A stretch of DNA of 64,000 bases from Macrostomum lignano (Eukaryota). The notes beneath the pieces were generated by a model. It was given only the letters and a program-made list of their open reading frames with translations, did not search any database and had not been told where the DNA came from. This document shows positions 50,230 through 62,035 of the stretch, piece after piece. The position numbers and the translations under genes are program-made. The DNA is taken from contig NIVC01001344.1 in assembly GCA_002269645.1 (NCBI GenBank), forward strand, positions 62,001 to 126,000, given 5' to 3'. The first letter of the stretch is position 1. Each line of letters begins with the position of its first letter.

Positions 50230-50998
50230 ATATTTCACAAACTAGACATTTCACAGACTAGGCATTTCACAAACTAGACATTTCACAAACTAGACATTTC
50301 ACAAACTAGACTTTTCACAAACTAGGCACTTCACAAACTAGACTTTTCACAGACTAGACATTTCACAAACTAGACATTTCACAAACTAGGCACTTCACAA
50401 ACTAGACATTTCACAGACTAGGCATTTCACAAACTAGACATTTCACAAACTAGGCACTTCACAAACTAGACTTTTCACAGACTAGACATTTCACAAACTA
50501 GACATTTCACAAACTAGGCACTTCACAAACTAGACATTTCACAGACTAGGCATTTCACAAACTAGACATTTCACAAACTAGGCACTTCACAAACTAGACT
50601 TTTCACAGACTAGACATTTCACAAACTAGACATTTCACAAACTAGGCACTTCACAAACTAGACATTTCACAGACTAGGCATTTCACAAACTAGACATTTC
50701 ACAAACTAGACATTTCACAGACTAGGCATTTCACAAACTAGACATTTCACAAACTAGGCACTTCACAAACTAGACTCTTCACAGACTAGACATTTCACAA
50801 ACTAGACATTTCACAAACTAGACATTTCACAAACTAGACATTTCACAAACTAGACATTTCACAAACTAGACATTTCACAGACTAGGCATTTCACAAACTA
50901 GACATTTCACAAACTAGACATTTCACAAACTAGACACTTCACAAACTAGACATTTCACAAACTAGACATTTCACAAACTAGACTCTTCACAAACTAGA
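50230..50998. repeat. 16-bp minisatellite with a 128-bp higher-order repeat
   Basis: Unit is ACTAGACATTTCACAA. The variant GACTTTTCACAG recurs at 50341, 50469 and 50597. Confidence 0.95.
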
Positions 50999-51409
50999 AC
51001 ATCGACCAACCTGAAGAACTTTTTGCCTTGATGTGAATTTCTAATCTGAATTAGCCCTACAGTAAATAAAGTCAGAAAACTGAAATTTTAACTCTTGAAA
51101 ATTTTCTGTCACCGAGTTACGACAAATAGCTATGGATTAAATCGATGATTTTACCATACCAAGCTAACAAGTTTATTGAATTTAAATCAATGAAATATGG
51201 TGCATGACACAAACGCTCTACTAACTTAGTTGCACAAAGTAGCATGTAATGAATGCATAACGATAAAAAAGAACGAAAAAAGTGCCAAAATCTGAATAAT
51301 GTGCTTTCAAATGATAAGATCAACATTACAAATTGCTGTTAAAAGGAGTTAAATCCCTTTTGGCACATAATTTAAGAGACAACTTTCAGGTGAATTTTAG
51401 CAATCATTC

Positions 51410-52470
51410 TTCAGGAGACCGCTTCTACCGCTACTAGCCCTAACTCTTCAGAAGACCACTTCTACCCCCCCCCCCCGACTCTTAATGAGACAGCTTCTAC
51501 CCCCAGACTCTTTAGGAGACCGCTTCTACCCCCCCCCAGACTCTTCATGAGACAGCTTCTACCCCCAGACTCTTCAGGAGACCGCTTCTACCCCCCCCAG
51601 ACTCTTCATGAGACAGCTTCTACCCCCAGACTCTTTAGGAGACCGCTTCTACCCCCCCCCCCAGACTCTTCATGAGACAGCTTCTACCCCCAGACTCTTC
51701 AGGAGACCGCTTCTCCCCCCCCAGACTCTTCATGAGACAGCTTCTACCCCCAGACTCTTTAGGAGACCGCTTCTACCCCCCCCCAGACTCTTCATGAGAC
51801 AGCTTCTACCCCCCAGACTCTTCAGGAGACCGCTTCTACCCCCCCCCCCAGACTCTTCATGAGACAGCTTCTACCCCCAGACTCTTTAGGAGACCGCTTC
51901 TACCCCCCCAGACTCTTCATGAGACAGCTTCTACCCCCCAGACTCTTCAGGAGACCGCTTCTACCCTCTCCCCGACTTTTCAGGAGACCGCTTCTACCCC
52001 CCCCCCACAGACTCTTCAGGAGACCGCTTCTACCCCCCCCCCCCCACAGACTCTTCAGGAGACCGCTTCTACCCCCAGACTTTTACAGGAGACCGCTTCT
52101 ACCCCCCAGACTCTTCAGGAGACCGCTTCTACCCCACCCCCCCCCACAGACTCTTCAGGAGACCGCTTCTACCCCACCCCCCCCACAGACTCTTCAGGAG
52201 ACCGCTTCTACCCCCAGACTTTTACAGGAGACCGCTTCTACCCCCCAGACTCTTCAGGAGACCGCTTCTACCCCACCCCCCCCCACAGACTCTTCAGGAG
52301 ACCGCTTCTACCCCCCCCCCCCCACAGACTCTTCAGGAGACCGCTTCTACCCCCCAGACTCTTCAGGAGACCGCTTCTACCCCCAGACTCTTCAGGAGAC
52401 CGCTTCTACCCCCCAGACTCTTCAGGAGACCGCTTCTACCCCCCAGACTCTTCAGGAGACCGCTTCCCCT
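51410..52470. repeat. Variable-length minisatellite (CAGACTCTTCAGGAGACCGCTTCTAC + poly-C) just 3' of ALG12
   Basis: Directly visible. Confidence 0.95.
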
Positions 52471-52491
52471 CTTAACTCCAGAAAAAGTCAA

Positions 52492-55320
52492 TCAAACATG
52501 CGGCTTTTCCAGCATCAGCAGGGCCGTACGCAGCCTCAGCAGCCGGTGCCAGCACAGGCCGGAGAAACCCTCGGCCAACAGGTCTTTGAACCCGTTGAAC
52601 CCGTCAAACGCAGAGACGGCCCCGATGGTTCGGCAGGTCCGCGTCAGGCCGACGGCGTCCGCGAACTCTGGCTCGGCGATCACGTGACTAAATGGCCGAT
52701 AGTCGGTGAGCAGATTGAGGCCCTCAGTTTTATTATAGATCCAAGCGTCGTGCAACTGCAAGAATCTCGAGGCGCCAGTCTGGGCGGCCAAGTTGCACAG
52801 GTGCACGTGCACCGACGCGCTGGAGTGCAGGTAGGTGTGCAGCAGGCTGACGGCCTCGCCGCCGGGATAATTCCAGGCGGCCACCAGGGCCAGAAGGCCG
52901 GCGGCCCCGGCGTTACCCAGCAGGTGGCCAAGGCAGAAGACCCGGCCGACTGTCATGAGCAGCGGGGATTCCCAGGATTCCCCCCGAGCCTTGGGAGATT
53001 CCCTATCCGGACAGTCCGGGCTAGACTCGGCCGAAGCCCGATTTCCGGTAATTCGTCGACGCGATTCGGTCGATGTTACTATCGATTCACCGCCCGCTTT
53101 ATCCACAGATTTTTCTGGGGGAGACCTCTCTCGAGGGGAATCCCGTCGGTTGCTAAAAATAGCATCACAAGCGCAGGCCGCGGAGGCGTTGAACAGCGGC
53201 ACAGAGTAGAGCACGAAGCGGAGCTCTTTGTGCGGTAGGCAGGAATAGGCCAGCACAAAGACTACTGCCGAAGCCAGTAGTGGCCTGGCGCGCGGCGCCA
53301 ATTTAGCGCCAGCAAGTGCCAACGGCGCCGAGAATAGCAAACACCGAGGCAGAGCCGAGTAGAAGTACCAGAGGAAAGGCTGGGTGCCCCATAGCGAGCT
53401 CTTGTTCTGCCAGGTGTTGAAGAGCAGCACGGAGAGCTCAGGCCAGACTAGACGGCCCCAGAACACCGAGTCCACGGCAACAGTGAGCGCTGCGGGGAAG
53501 TTCAGTGCTGATGCAGGTTTGTGAATGGTGAAATCGCGGATTATAGAGCTTGGGGAATCGGAGATGATGGAGCTTGGGGAATCAGAGATGATGGAGCTTG
53601 GGGAATCGGAGATGATAATGGAGCTTAGGGAATCTAAGATGATGGAGCTTGGGGAATCTGAGATTATTATGAAGCTTGGGGAATCTGAGATGATGATGGA
53701 GCTTAGGGATTCTGAGATTATTATGAAGCTTGGGGAATCTGAGATGATGATGGAGCTTGGGGATTCTGAGATTATCATGGAGCTTAGGGATTCTGAGATT
53801 ATTATGGAGCTTGGGGAATCTGAGATTTGCCCTCCCTTGGAGAGTCTGAGAATCTAATTTATGTAGCTGGATGTCAACCTGAGATGACATGTTGTTTGTG
53901 AATTTGGTTTGACAAAGCTTATACTAACGTTAATAAACTGAACTCACCAGCGCAGCCAACAGCAACAGGCGCAGCCGTCCGCACGGCATCAGTAGGTCGC
54001 AGCCTCCCAGTAGCTAACAGATAAACAGCTGGCGGCCCGAACAGCAGGCCGAGTTCGCTGCGAAACAGCAGCCCGGCCAGTCCGGCCCAGCGCACGCAGC
54101 TGCGCCAGTCGCCATCCAGCAGCAGAGCGCGCAAGCCTGGCAGCGCCAGCGCCATAGCGAACGTATTGGGCAAAGTCCTGGACGCGTAGAACAGCAGGTG
54201 GAACTGGCTGGCCGAGATTGCCACGAACCAACTGGCTGCTGCCGGCCCAGCGACTGGGCGAAGTCGGCCAGGGACCAGGCCACCGCGGCGGCCAGCAGCG
54301 CTCGAACAATGAACAGCATCGGCAGGCGACTGTGCCCTACAGCGGCCGCCTCGGGCTGATCGACGGCGCCGGAGAGTCCCAGGGCGGCTGGCAGCAGCAG
54401 CCGCGCCGGGGCGGCGGCAGCGGCCAGAGCCAGTGGACCGAGGAAGGTGCGCGGCACCGGGCCGGGGAACTCCTTGTGATCGTACTGGCGATGGGGGGGG
54501 GGGAGGGAGGTCGGAGTTTTGAAGAGTCTTGTTTTTATTATAGATCAGTTGCGCATGCAGAGTGCACATGCCTGACACTGAGAAATTCAGGGCCGCTGTA
54601 CATCCTGTGTGAGCATTAGGGATTGCAAAATCCCAGTTTTTTTGCAATAATTGGATCCTGGGATTTAATCCCAGACTTTGGCCAATCTCAGAAAAAATAC
54701 AGATTTTTAAGCTTCTGGGTTGAAATTTTAAGGCAAAATATGCGCTAAACATATTTTTGCTTCCATTTTTATTGTTATAGAGATAATAATATTTTTGTAG
54801 ATGAAAAACATATTGTGACATATTTAAGTAAGTAGTATAAAAGTACTAATTAGTAGTAAAGAAGTCAATCATATATCAAAATTTACATTAGAATAAATTT
54901 CACATTTAAATCTATGATGCAGGGTTTAAAAAGGCACCACATGATGTGAAGCAATAATGGACATTAGTACAGTATAACAAACTATAATTGTGGGCCTAAT
55001 TATGTTCATATTATAACACTTTTTGTAAAAAATAATAACAAGAATTAGTCCCAGGATTTGGACCCAATCCTAGGATTTTGGGATCCTGGGATCCCAGGAT
55101 TTCAATCCCTAATGAGCATGTATATGAATGTACATTACAACCATAATACTATGTGAAAGCAAGAACTTACAGCGGATAGGTTATAGCCATGGTACAGAAT
55201 GTCATGAGTTGCCTGCAAGTTGAAGCTCTCTTCTACTTTGTTGTAAGGAGCTATGTAGATATGAAGCAGACTTACACTCAGCAGAATAATGAAGTGGATG
55301 ACCTTGATTGGTAAGGACAT
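52492..55320 (-). CDS. ALG12: ALG12 alpha-1,6-mannosyltransferase: exons 55320-55171, 54484-53948 (frameshift near 54240), 53489-52492
   Basis: Motifs include [70 protein letters not shown] and [11 protein letters not shown]. Splice sites are canonical and phase compatible. Confidence 0.9.
53545..53830. repeat. Degenerate 21-27-bp repeat in ALG12 intron 2
   Basis: Unit is GGAGCTTGGGGAATCTGAGAT(GAT/TAT)n. Confidence 0.9.
54617..55111. mobile_element. hAT-like MITE (495 bp) inserted in a SINE copy within ALG12 intron 1
   Basis: TIRs are TAGGGATTG and CAATCCCTA with GGGATCC/ATCCCAG subterminal repeats. The 8-bp flanks GTGAGCAT and ATGAGCAT match at 7 of 8 positions. Confidence 0.75.
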
Positions 55321-57197
55321 TTGATAGGATACCTGAAATATAATAAATCAAATATAAAATTAGACCCTTAAAAACAAAAAGCTTTTAAAAAATTAAGATT
55401 TAGGCCTAATCCAGATTTGATTAAAAAAGTCAAAATCTTGAATATTGATCCTGAGATTAATGAGATCTTTTCTGACCTCTACTTGACCTAAGTCTGAGAT
55501 AGCAATGCTAAACAATCAATAATAACTTAATCAATAGATAGACAAGCTTAAAATGTCTTTCAATAGAAAAGATTCCTTTAATAATCAATGTTTTAAAGGA
55601 CATATAGGCCTACTATAGCCTAGGTTTAGTAGTGACTAAATTCTACTGACTAAAGCCTATATAGTTTAATCTCTTTAGTTAGGCCTAGGATTTCTTACTT
55701 TTCATGTCATCAAAAAGAAAAATAGCCCTGGTATAAATAAATGTCTAACTACCTGTCTTTCTGTCTACAGAAATCTGACATATTACAATGTAACAACAAA
55801 AAAATAAATAAAATTCTAACGAAACTACTAGATAGATAGTTGGTAAGTTGGTTAATAAATACAGTGACAGAGAGCAAACTGCGGTATAATATATATGCTG
55901 TACTGCTTAAAATTAGAATTAGTAGACAGGGCGGGAAGGTAATAAAACGATTACACTTTTTTTACAGTTCTAGCTGTAGCTTACACAATTATGACATGTA
56001 GTCTATAGACACTATGCTGACCTAACATCACTCAATTACTTCCTCTAACTACTTTAATCGCGTATCGCCTCCGTCCGACGTGCACATATTAATTTATTCA
56101 GTTCAGTGTAAAATTTAAAGATTTGAGACGACGCACGAGTTAATAAAACAAAAACATTTGTCAAAATCTAAACCTTATCATTTAAGTTTCTTCCTTGTTT
56201 TTAGCTGCACAACAAGAGAGGGACATATTGTTTCCTGAAAAGACGATATTTTGAGATAGCGACTCCAAGTTGACTCCAAGCTCTCAACAATAAAAATGAT
56301 TATGGTATTGGTCTCAAAACAATACAAATCGATTCATCATTCATCATATAGTCAAGAAAAAGTTAGAAAAATTATATCGGCGAGGAGAAACGCTCAAAAT
56401 ACTTTTGCATTTTGAAAACTGATTTGACAAAAATGCTTTCTCTATATAGCGCTCCATATGGGTTTTCACCATAAAATCGGTGGAGAAAAATCCGACTAGA
56501 ACAACCCCAACAGTGAGATAAGAACAGAAATTTTGCCTACGCTTTTATTGCTTGCCGGTCTCCGGTAGCATTTATGAAAAAAGCTTGAGCAACTTTTAAA
56601 TCTGAATTCGATATCTACCTGAGCAGGAGCACTTGTCATTCTTGTCCATATCTATACTTGCCCATCAATAGAAAATAAATGAGACTTAATGATGCCTTAT
56701 CGATCATTAGGCAACTGCTGAGGTTGGTGCGCACTCGGATCTGTACGCAAATACCAGCAAAATTCTGCGCTAAAATCAAGAAGTACTTATAGAGAGTCAA
56801 TCAGCTTATTATTTAATTTCGAAATTCCTAAGTAGTATACATGAATGTATTTCCTATTTTTGCTATCTTGCTCATGCTTCTGCAGTGCAGCACAAAATGA
56901 ACTGCATACTCACACACAAGTACAAATTAACGGCTAAAATTTCTGTCAATCTCGTGCCAACAGTTGCTCAGAGCCAGGGGTGTTGCCCAATCAAACTCAT
57001 TCGACTTGTGAGCCAATTATTGAGCACGCGTTAAAGTTGACTCCAACTTACTCAATTCCTAAGTCTAATAGTGAAACAGCTGCTCTGCATGCTGAGCACC
57101 AATCAAGAATTTCTGCTACTCACTATTGAAGTCTCCGCTTTCAGCAGGCAAAGCAATTCAGAATTAAAGTTCAAAACTCGCTTGTTCAACTATCGAA

Positions 57198-57270
57198 GCC
57201 CCAGTGGCGCAATGGATAGCGCGTCGGACTTCTAATCCGGAGGTTGAGGGTTCGAGTCCCTCCTGGGGTA
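57198..57270 (+). tRNA. tRNA-Arg(UCU), intronless, 73 nt
   Basis: Acceptor stem GCCCCAG/CTGGGGT, anticodon loop CTTCTAA and T-arm GGTTCGAGTCC. Confidence 0.95.
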
Positions 57271-57281
57271 TTGAGTGCTAC

Positions 57282-57287
57282 TTTTTT
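57282..57287 (+). terminator. Pol III T6 terminator
   Basis: TTTTTT about 11 nt after the tRNA. Confidence 0.8.
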
Positions 57288-57669
57288 ACTTGTGAATTAA
57301 GCCGTAATTGTTTGGTTTTTTGCACCGTAGATTGGTATGCCATCGCCATCCCACAGCCGTGTCTCACAGCTTGCATCTGACACAAAAATCATCGAGAAAT
57401 TAAGGAGCGCATTTTATCAAACATGAGAGATTTTCATCTGTTAAATTCCCAGTAAATTCAATTCTACTTTCACTTCAATATGGTTCTGTTAGGGCAGCTA
57501 TGAGTAGCTGATTGGGCGCATTTTTTATAATATTTGATGATAATTTTGTTTGTTCCAACAAATTTAGAATGAAAGTGGTGCCGTTTTAAACAGCTGACCT
57601 ATTGAGCAGAGTGAGTGGCTCATCAATGAAATCCAGTCGGGAATAAAATGGCCTTCGAATTCAAAACTT

Positions 57670-57915
57670 AAATTTACTGGCGGACTCGACTGGGCAGCTC
57701 AGACCAAGGCGTCTTCTGGCGGCCGCCCAAGTCCCATGGCCCAGCAACCAAAAAGGACTCGGTTTTGAGAGGCCGATAGCTGCAGCTGGAGCCAGCTCTC
57801 CGTTGCCAAGCGGTTTCCAAGCGGGAGTTCACGGTCGCCTCCGGCCAGCCCAGGTGACTGCGGGTGCAGGAGCCATGATCCGAGATGCGGGTTGCCATGC
57901 CGGGCCCGAGGACCG
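57670..57915 (-). repeat. GC-rich dispersed segment, paralogous to 61190-61400
   Basis: Both copies share TCCTCGGGCCCGGCATGGCAACCCG...ACCTGGGCTGGCCG...TTGGAAACCGCTTGGCAACGGA...ATCGGCCTCTC on the minus strand. Confidence 0.85.
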
Positions 57916-58021
57916 GAAGGGAGATTGAAAGAAAAGAGAGGAGAGTAGCGTTGTTTGAAGCGCAGGGACGGACAGTGGCAGAGAACAGCAGAGTAGAGTG
58001 GAAATGGGCGAAGAGGGGCGG

Positions 58022-58240
58022 TGAGGAGCAAAGAGGAGAGGAGAGGAGAGGAGAGGAGAGGAGAGGAGAGGAGAGGAGAGGAGAGGAGAGAAGAGGAGAG
58101 GAGAGGAGAAGAGAGGAGAGGAGAGAAGAGGAGAGGAGAGGAGAGGAGAGGAGAGGAGAGGAGAGGAGGGGAGAGGAAAGGAGAGGAGAGGAGATGAGAG
58201 GAGAGGAGCGGAGAGGAGAGGAGCAGAGAGGAGAGGAGAG
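58022..58240. repeat. (GAGGA)n microsatellite
   Basis: Directly visible. Confidence 0.95.
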
Positions 58241-58525
58241 GGAAGGAGCGGAGAGTCAGAGGGTCCGACGGGTTTTCGGTTTTTTAGTATTTTGAAGCAG
58301 ACCTTGATGCTGTGGTGAACACCAGGGCTCCTTGGTCTGAGTTCTCCAATTTTATTAGAGGCGTGATGTCGGACTGAAGGAATACAGAGCCAAAAGCTGT
58401 CATTCCCATTGTTCCTCTCCATGGGCTGTCCTGCTTAGTTCCAATTGATTGAGAACTGATGTTCTTGTTTTAAATGAGACCAAATATTTTTTAAATAACT
58501 GCAAAAACCATTCTCAGACACCACA

Positions 58526-60225
58526 ATCTGAATGACCTGAACCTGAATCTGAATGACCTGAACCTGAATCTGAATGACCTGAACCTGAATCTGAATGACC
58601 TGAACCCGAATCTGAATGCCTGAAGCTGAAGCTGAATCTGAATGACCTGAACCTGAATCTGAATGACCTGAACCCGAATCTGAATGACCTGAAGCTGAAG
58701 CTGAATCTGAATGACCTGAAGCTGAAGCAAAATGACCTGAACCTGAATCTGAATGACCTGAACCTGAATCTGAATGACCTGAACCTGAATCTGAATGACC
58801 TGAACCCGAATCTGAATGCCTGAAGCTGAAGCTGAATCTGAATGACCTGAACCTGAATCTGAATGACCTGAACCCGAATCTGAATGACCTGAAGCTGAAG
58901 CTGAATCTGAATGACCTGAAGCTGAAGCAAAATGACCTGAACCTTAATCTGAATGACCTGAAGCTGAGCCTGAATCTGAATGACCCGAACCTGAATCTAA
59001 ATGACCTGAACCTGAACCTGAATCTTAATGACCCGAACCTGAATCTAAATGACCTGAACTTGAACCTGAATCTGAATGAACTGAAGCGGAACCTGAATCT
59101 GAATGACCTGAAGCTGAAGCTGAATCTGAATGACCTGAATCTGAATCTGAATGACCTGAACCTGAATCTGAATGACCTGAAGCGGAACCTGAATCTGAAT
59201 GACCCGAACCTTAATCTGAATGACCCGAACCTTAATCTGTATGACCCGAACCTTAATCTGAATGACCCGAACCTTAATCTGAATGACCTGAAGCGGAACC
59301 TTAATCTGAATGACCTGAAGCGGAACCTGAATCTGAATGACCTGAAGCGGAACCTGAATCTGAATGACCTGAAGCGGAACCTGAATCTGAATGACCTGAA
59401 GCGGAACCTGAATCTGAATGACCTGAAGCGGAACCTGAATCTGAATGACCTGAAGCGGAACCTGAATCTGAATGACCTGAAGCGGAACCTGAATCTGAAT
59501 GACCCGAAGCGGAACCTGAATCTGAATGACCTGAAGCGAAACCTGAATCTGAATGACCCGAACCTTAATCTGAATGACCTGAAGTGGAACCTGAATCTGA
59601 ATGACCTGAAGTGGAACCTGAATCTGAATGACCTGAAGCGGAACCTGAATCTGAATGACTTGAAGCGGAACCTGAATCTGAATGACCTGAAGTGGAACCT
59701 GAATCTGAATGACCTGAAGCGGAACCTGAATCTGAATGACCTGAAGCGGAACCTGAATCTGAATGACCTGAAGCGGAACCTGAATCTGAATGACCTGAAG
59801 CGGAACCTGAATCTGAATGACCTGAAGCGGAACCTGAATCTGAATGACCTGAAGCGGAACCTGAATCTGAATGACCTGAAGCGGAACCTGAATCTGAATG
59901 ACCTGAAGCGGAACCTGAATCTGAATGACCTGAAGCGGAACCTGAATCTGAATGACCTGAAGCGGAACCTGAATCTGAATGACCTGAAGCGGAACCTGAA
60001 TCTAAATGACCTGAAGCGGAACCTGAATCTGAATGACCTGAAGCGGAACCTGAATCTGAATGACCTGAAGCGGAACCTGAATCTGAATGACCTGAAGCGG
60101 AACCTGAATCTGAATGACCTGAAGCGGAACCTGAATCTGAATGACCTGAAGCGGAACCTGAATCTGAATGACCTGAAGCGGAACCTGAATCTGAATGACC
60201 TGAAGCGGAACCTGAATCTGAACCT
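58526..60225. repeat. Polar satellite: 21-bp units (CTGAACCTGAATCTGAATGAC) grading into homogeneous 27-bp units (CTGAAGCGGAACCTGAATCTGAATGAC)
   Basis: Directly visible. Confidence 0.95.
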
Positions 60226-60482
60226 CCCTGAACGCTCAAAGCCTGGCGGGGCTGGGGCGAGCCACTGTTAATCACCGCCATTGTTTCCTGGAATCGAATT
60301 TAGAAAATTGGGGTGGATTGAGGAGTGTCAGAGGGGCGGATTACTACGAGATATTTACTTTCTCTAAATAGATTCACTTACCTTATTATTAGTAGTAGAG
60401 CAATACGAATGGTGTACAAATAAATAAACTCACAAATCCTGCGTCGCATCGCTCTCAGCCTCAAGTTTCGCTACAATTCCTC

Positions 60483-60860
60483 TTTGACCCCACCGAGTCC
60501 CCTTGACCCCACTGAGTCCCCTTGACCCCACTGACTCCCCTTGACCCCACTGACTCCCCTTGACCCCACTGACTCCCCTTGACCCCACTGAGTCCCCTTG
60601 ACCCCACTGACTCCCTTGACCCCACTGACTCCCCTTGACCCCACTGACTCCCCTTGACCCCACTGACTCCCCTTGACCCCACTGACTCCCCTTGACCCCA
60701 CTGACTCCCCTTGACCCTACTGACTCCCCTTGACCCCACTGACATCCTTTGACCCCACTGACTCCCCTTGACCCCACTGACTCCCCTTGACCCCACTGAC
60801 TCCCCTTGACCCCACTGACTCCCCTTGACCCCACTGACTGCCCTTGTCCTCGCTGACTCC
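60483..60860. repeat. 19-bp minisatellite (CCCCTTGACCCCACTGACT)
   Basis: Directly visible. Confidence 0.95.
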
Positions 60861-61189
60861 CTTTGAGCCCTAAAAAAGTCTATCTGTAATTTTTAATTGA
60901 TTTTTCACACTTCAAAAAACTTTCTTGCTCAGTTACATTAATATTAAAATCATATTAAACATTAATTTGCAAGCAATTAGTTTCATTCAATAAATGGTAG
61001 TAAAATATAATAAAACAAATCTTCTGCTTTGTGCTTTCTCTGCATGGGGCTCAGGGTGGCCTGCGCTGCCCAGCTTGTCGGCCGAAGTCTGTGCTATTTT
61101 TAGAATCAGTCCATCCACCAGTTCAATATAATCTGGTGCGCCTGCGGCGGTTGCTAAGGCAGCTCTGGGATTTTCTAACCGATTCGAAA

Positions 61190-61400
61190 GCTCGACTTGC
61201 AGGCGGACTCAAAGGCTGAGAGCGGCGGGCTGGAGAGGCCGATGGCTGCAGCCGGAGACAGCTGTCCGTTGCCAAGCGGTTTCCAAGCCGTTTCCGAGCG
61301 GGAATTCGCGGTCGCCTCTCGGCCAGCCCAGGTGGCTGCGGCTGCTGGAGCGACTCGAGCGATCCGGGTTGCCATGCCGGGCCCGAGGAGCTTTGGGATT
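61190..61400 (-). repeat. GC-rich dispersed segment, paralogous to 57670-57915
   Basis: Same shared blocks as the partner copy. This copy has an extra 11-nt near-duplication (TCGGAAACGGC). Confidence 0.85.
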
Positions 61401-61467
61401 CGAGTTGGGTGAGGGGGCTGAAAAAGATAAGTGAAAGATCTTCGGGTTTTGTTTTGCAAACAGAGGG

Positions 61468-61730
61468 AGAGTAGAGGGTAGACATGAGACAGCACAGAGC
61501 AGAGAGGAGGGGTAGACATGAGACAGCACAGAGCAGAGAGGAGGGGTAGACATGAGACAGCACAGAGCAGAGAGGAGGGGTAGACATGAGACAGCACAGA
61601 GCAGAGAGGAGGGGTAGACATGAGACAGCACAGAGCAGAGAGGAGGGGTAGACATGAGACAGCACAGAGCAGAGAGGAGAGGGTGGACATGAGACAGCAC
61701 AGAGCAGAGAGGAGGGGTTGACATGAGACA
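61468..61730. repeat. 34-bp minisatellite
   Basis: Unit is GAGGGGTAGACATGAGACAGCACAGAGCAGAGAG. Confidence 0.95.
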
Positions 61731-61962
61731 CAGAAAGGAAGAAAAAGCAAAGGGGAAAAGAGGGGAGGGAGAGAGAATAAATGAGATAAAAAGGTATTAT
61801 TGTTCTGTCGTTCAATTAACGAACGCAGAAACAAGATAGATAATTATCCTAAGGCTCTCAATCTGCCATGACAACTTCATTCCACTTTAAACACCTGCTG
61901 TGTGAGCTCACTGAAATTCACAGTTAAATCTCAAATACTGCAATGGGAACGGATTAACACCA

Positions 61963-62035
61963 GCCCCAGTGGCGCAATGGATAGCGCGTCGGACTTCTAA
62001 TCCGGAGGTTGAGGGTTCGAGTCCCTCCTGGGGTA
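61963..62035 (+). tRNA. tRNA-Arg(UCU), identical to 57198-57270
   Basis: Same 73-nt sequence, with a T6 terminator at 62047-62052. Confidence 0.95.

Noticed and set aside
57820-57915. HDV-like ribozyme (GGCCCGG could pair with CTGGGCT followed by GG; TCCTCG nearby; same in 61300-61390)
   Set aside because: No canonical P3/L3 lies directly before the P1 3' strand, no P2 or J4/2 could be identified, and TCCTCG is on the wrong side of P1. An Infernal or RNArobo search would settle it.
59565-60281. Minus-strand (GHSDSGSAS)n ORF resembling SD-repeat adhesins
   Set aside because: It is the antisense reading of the 27-bp satellite, and stops arise wherever the CTTAAT variant occurs.
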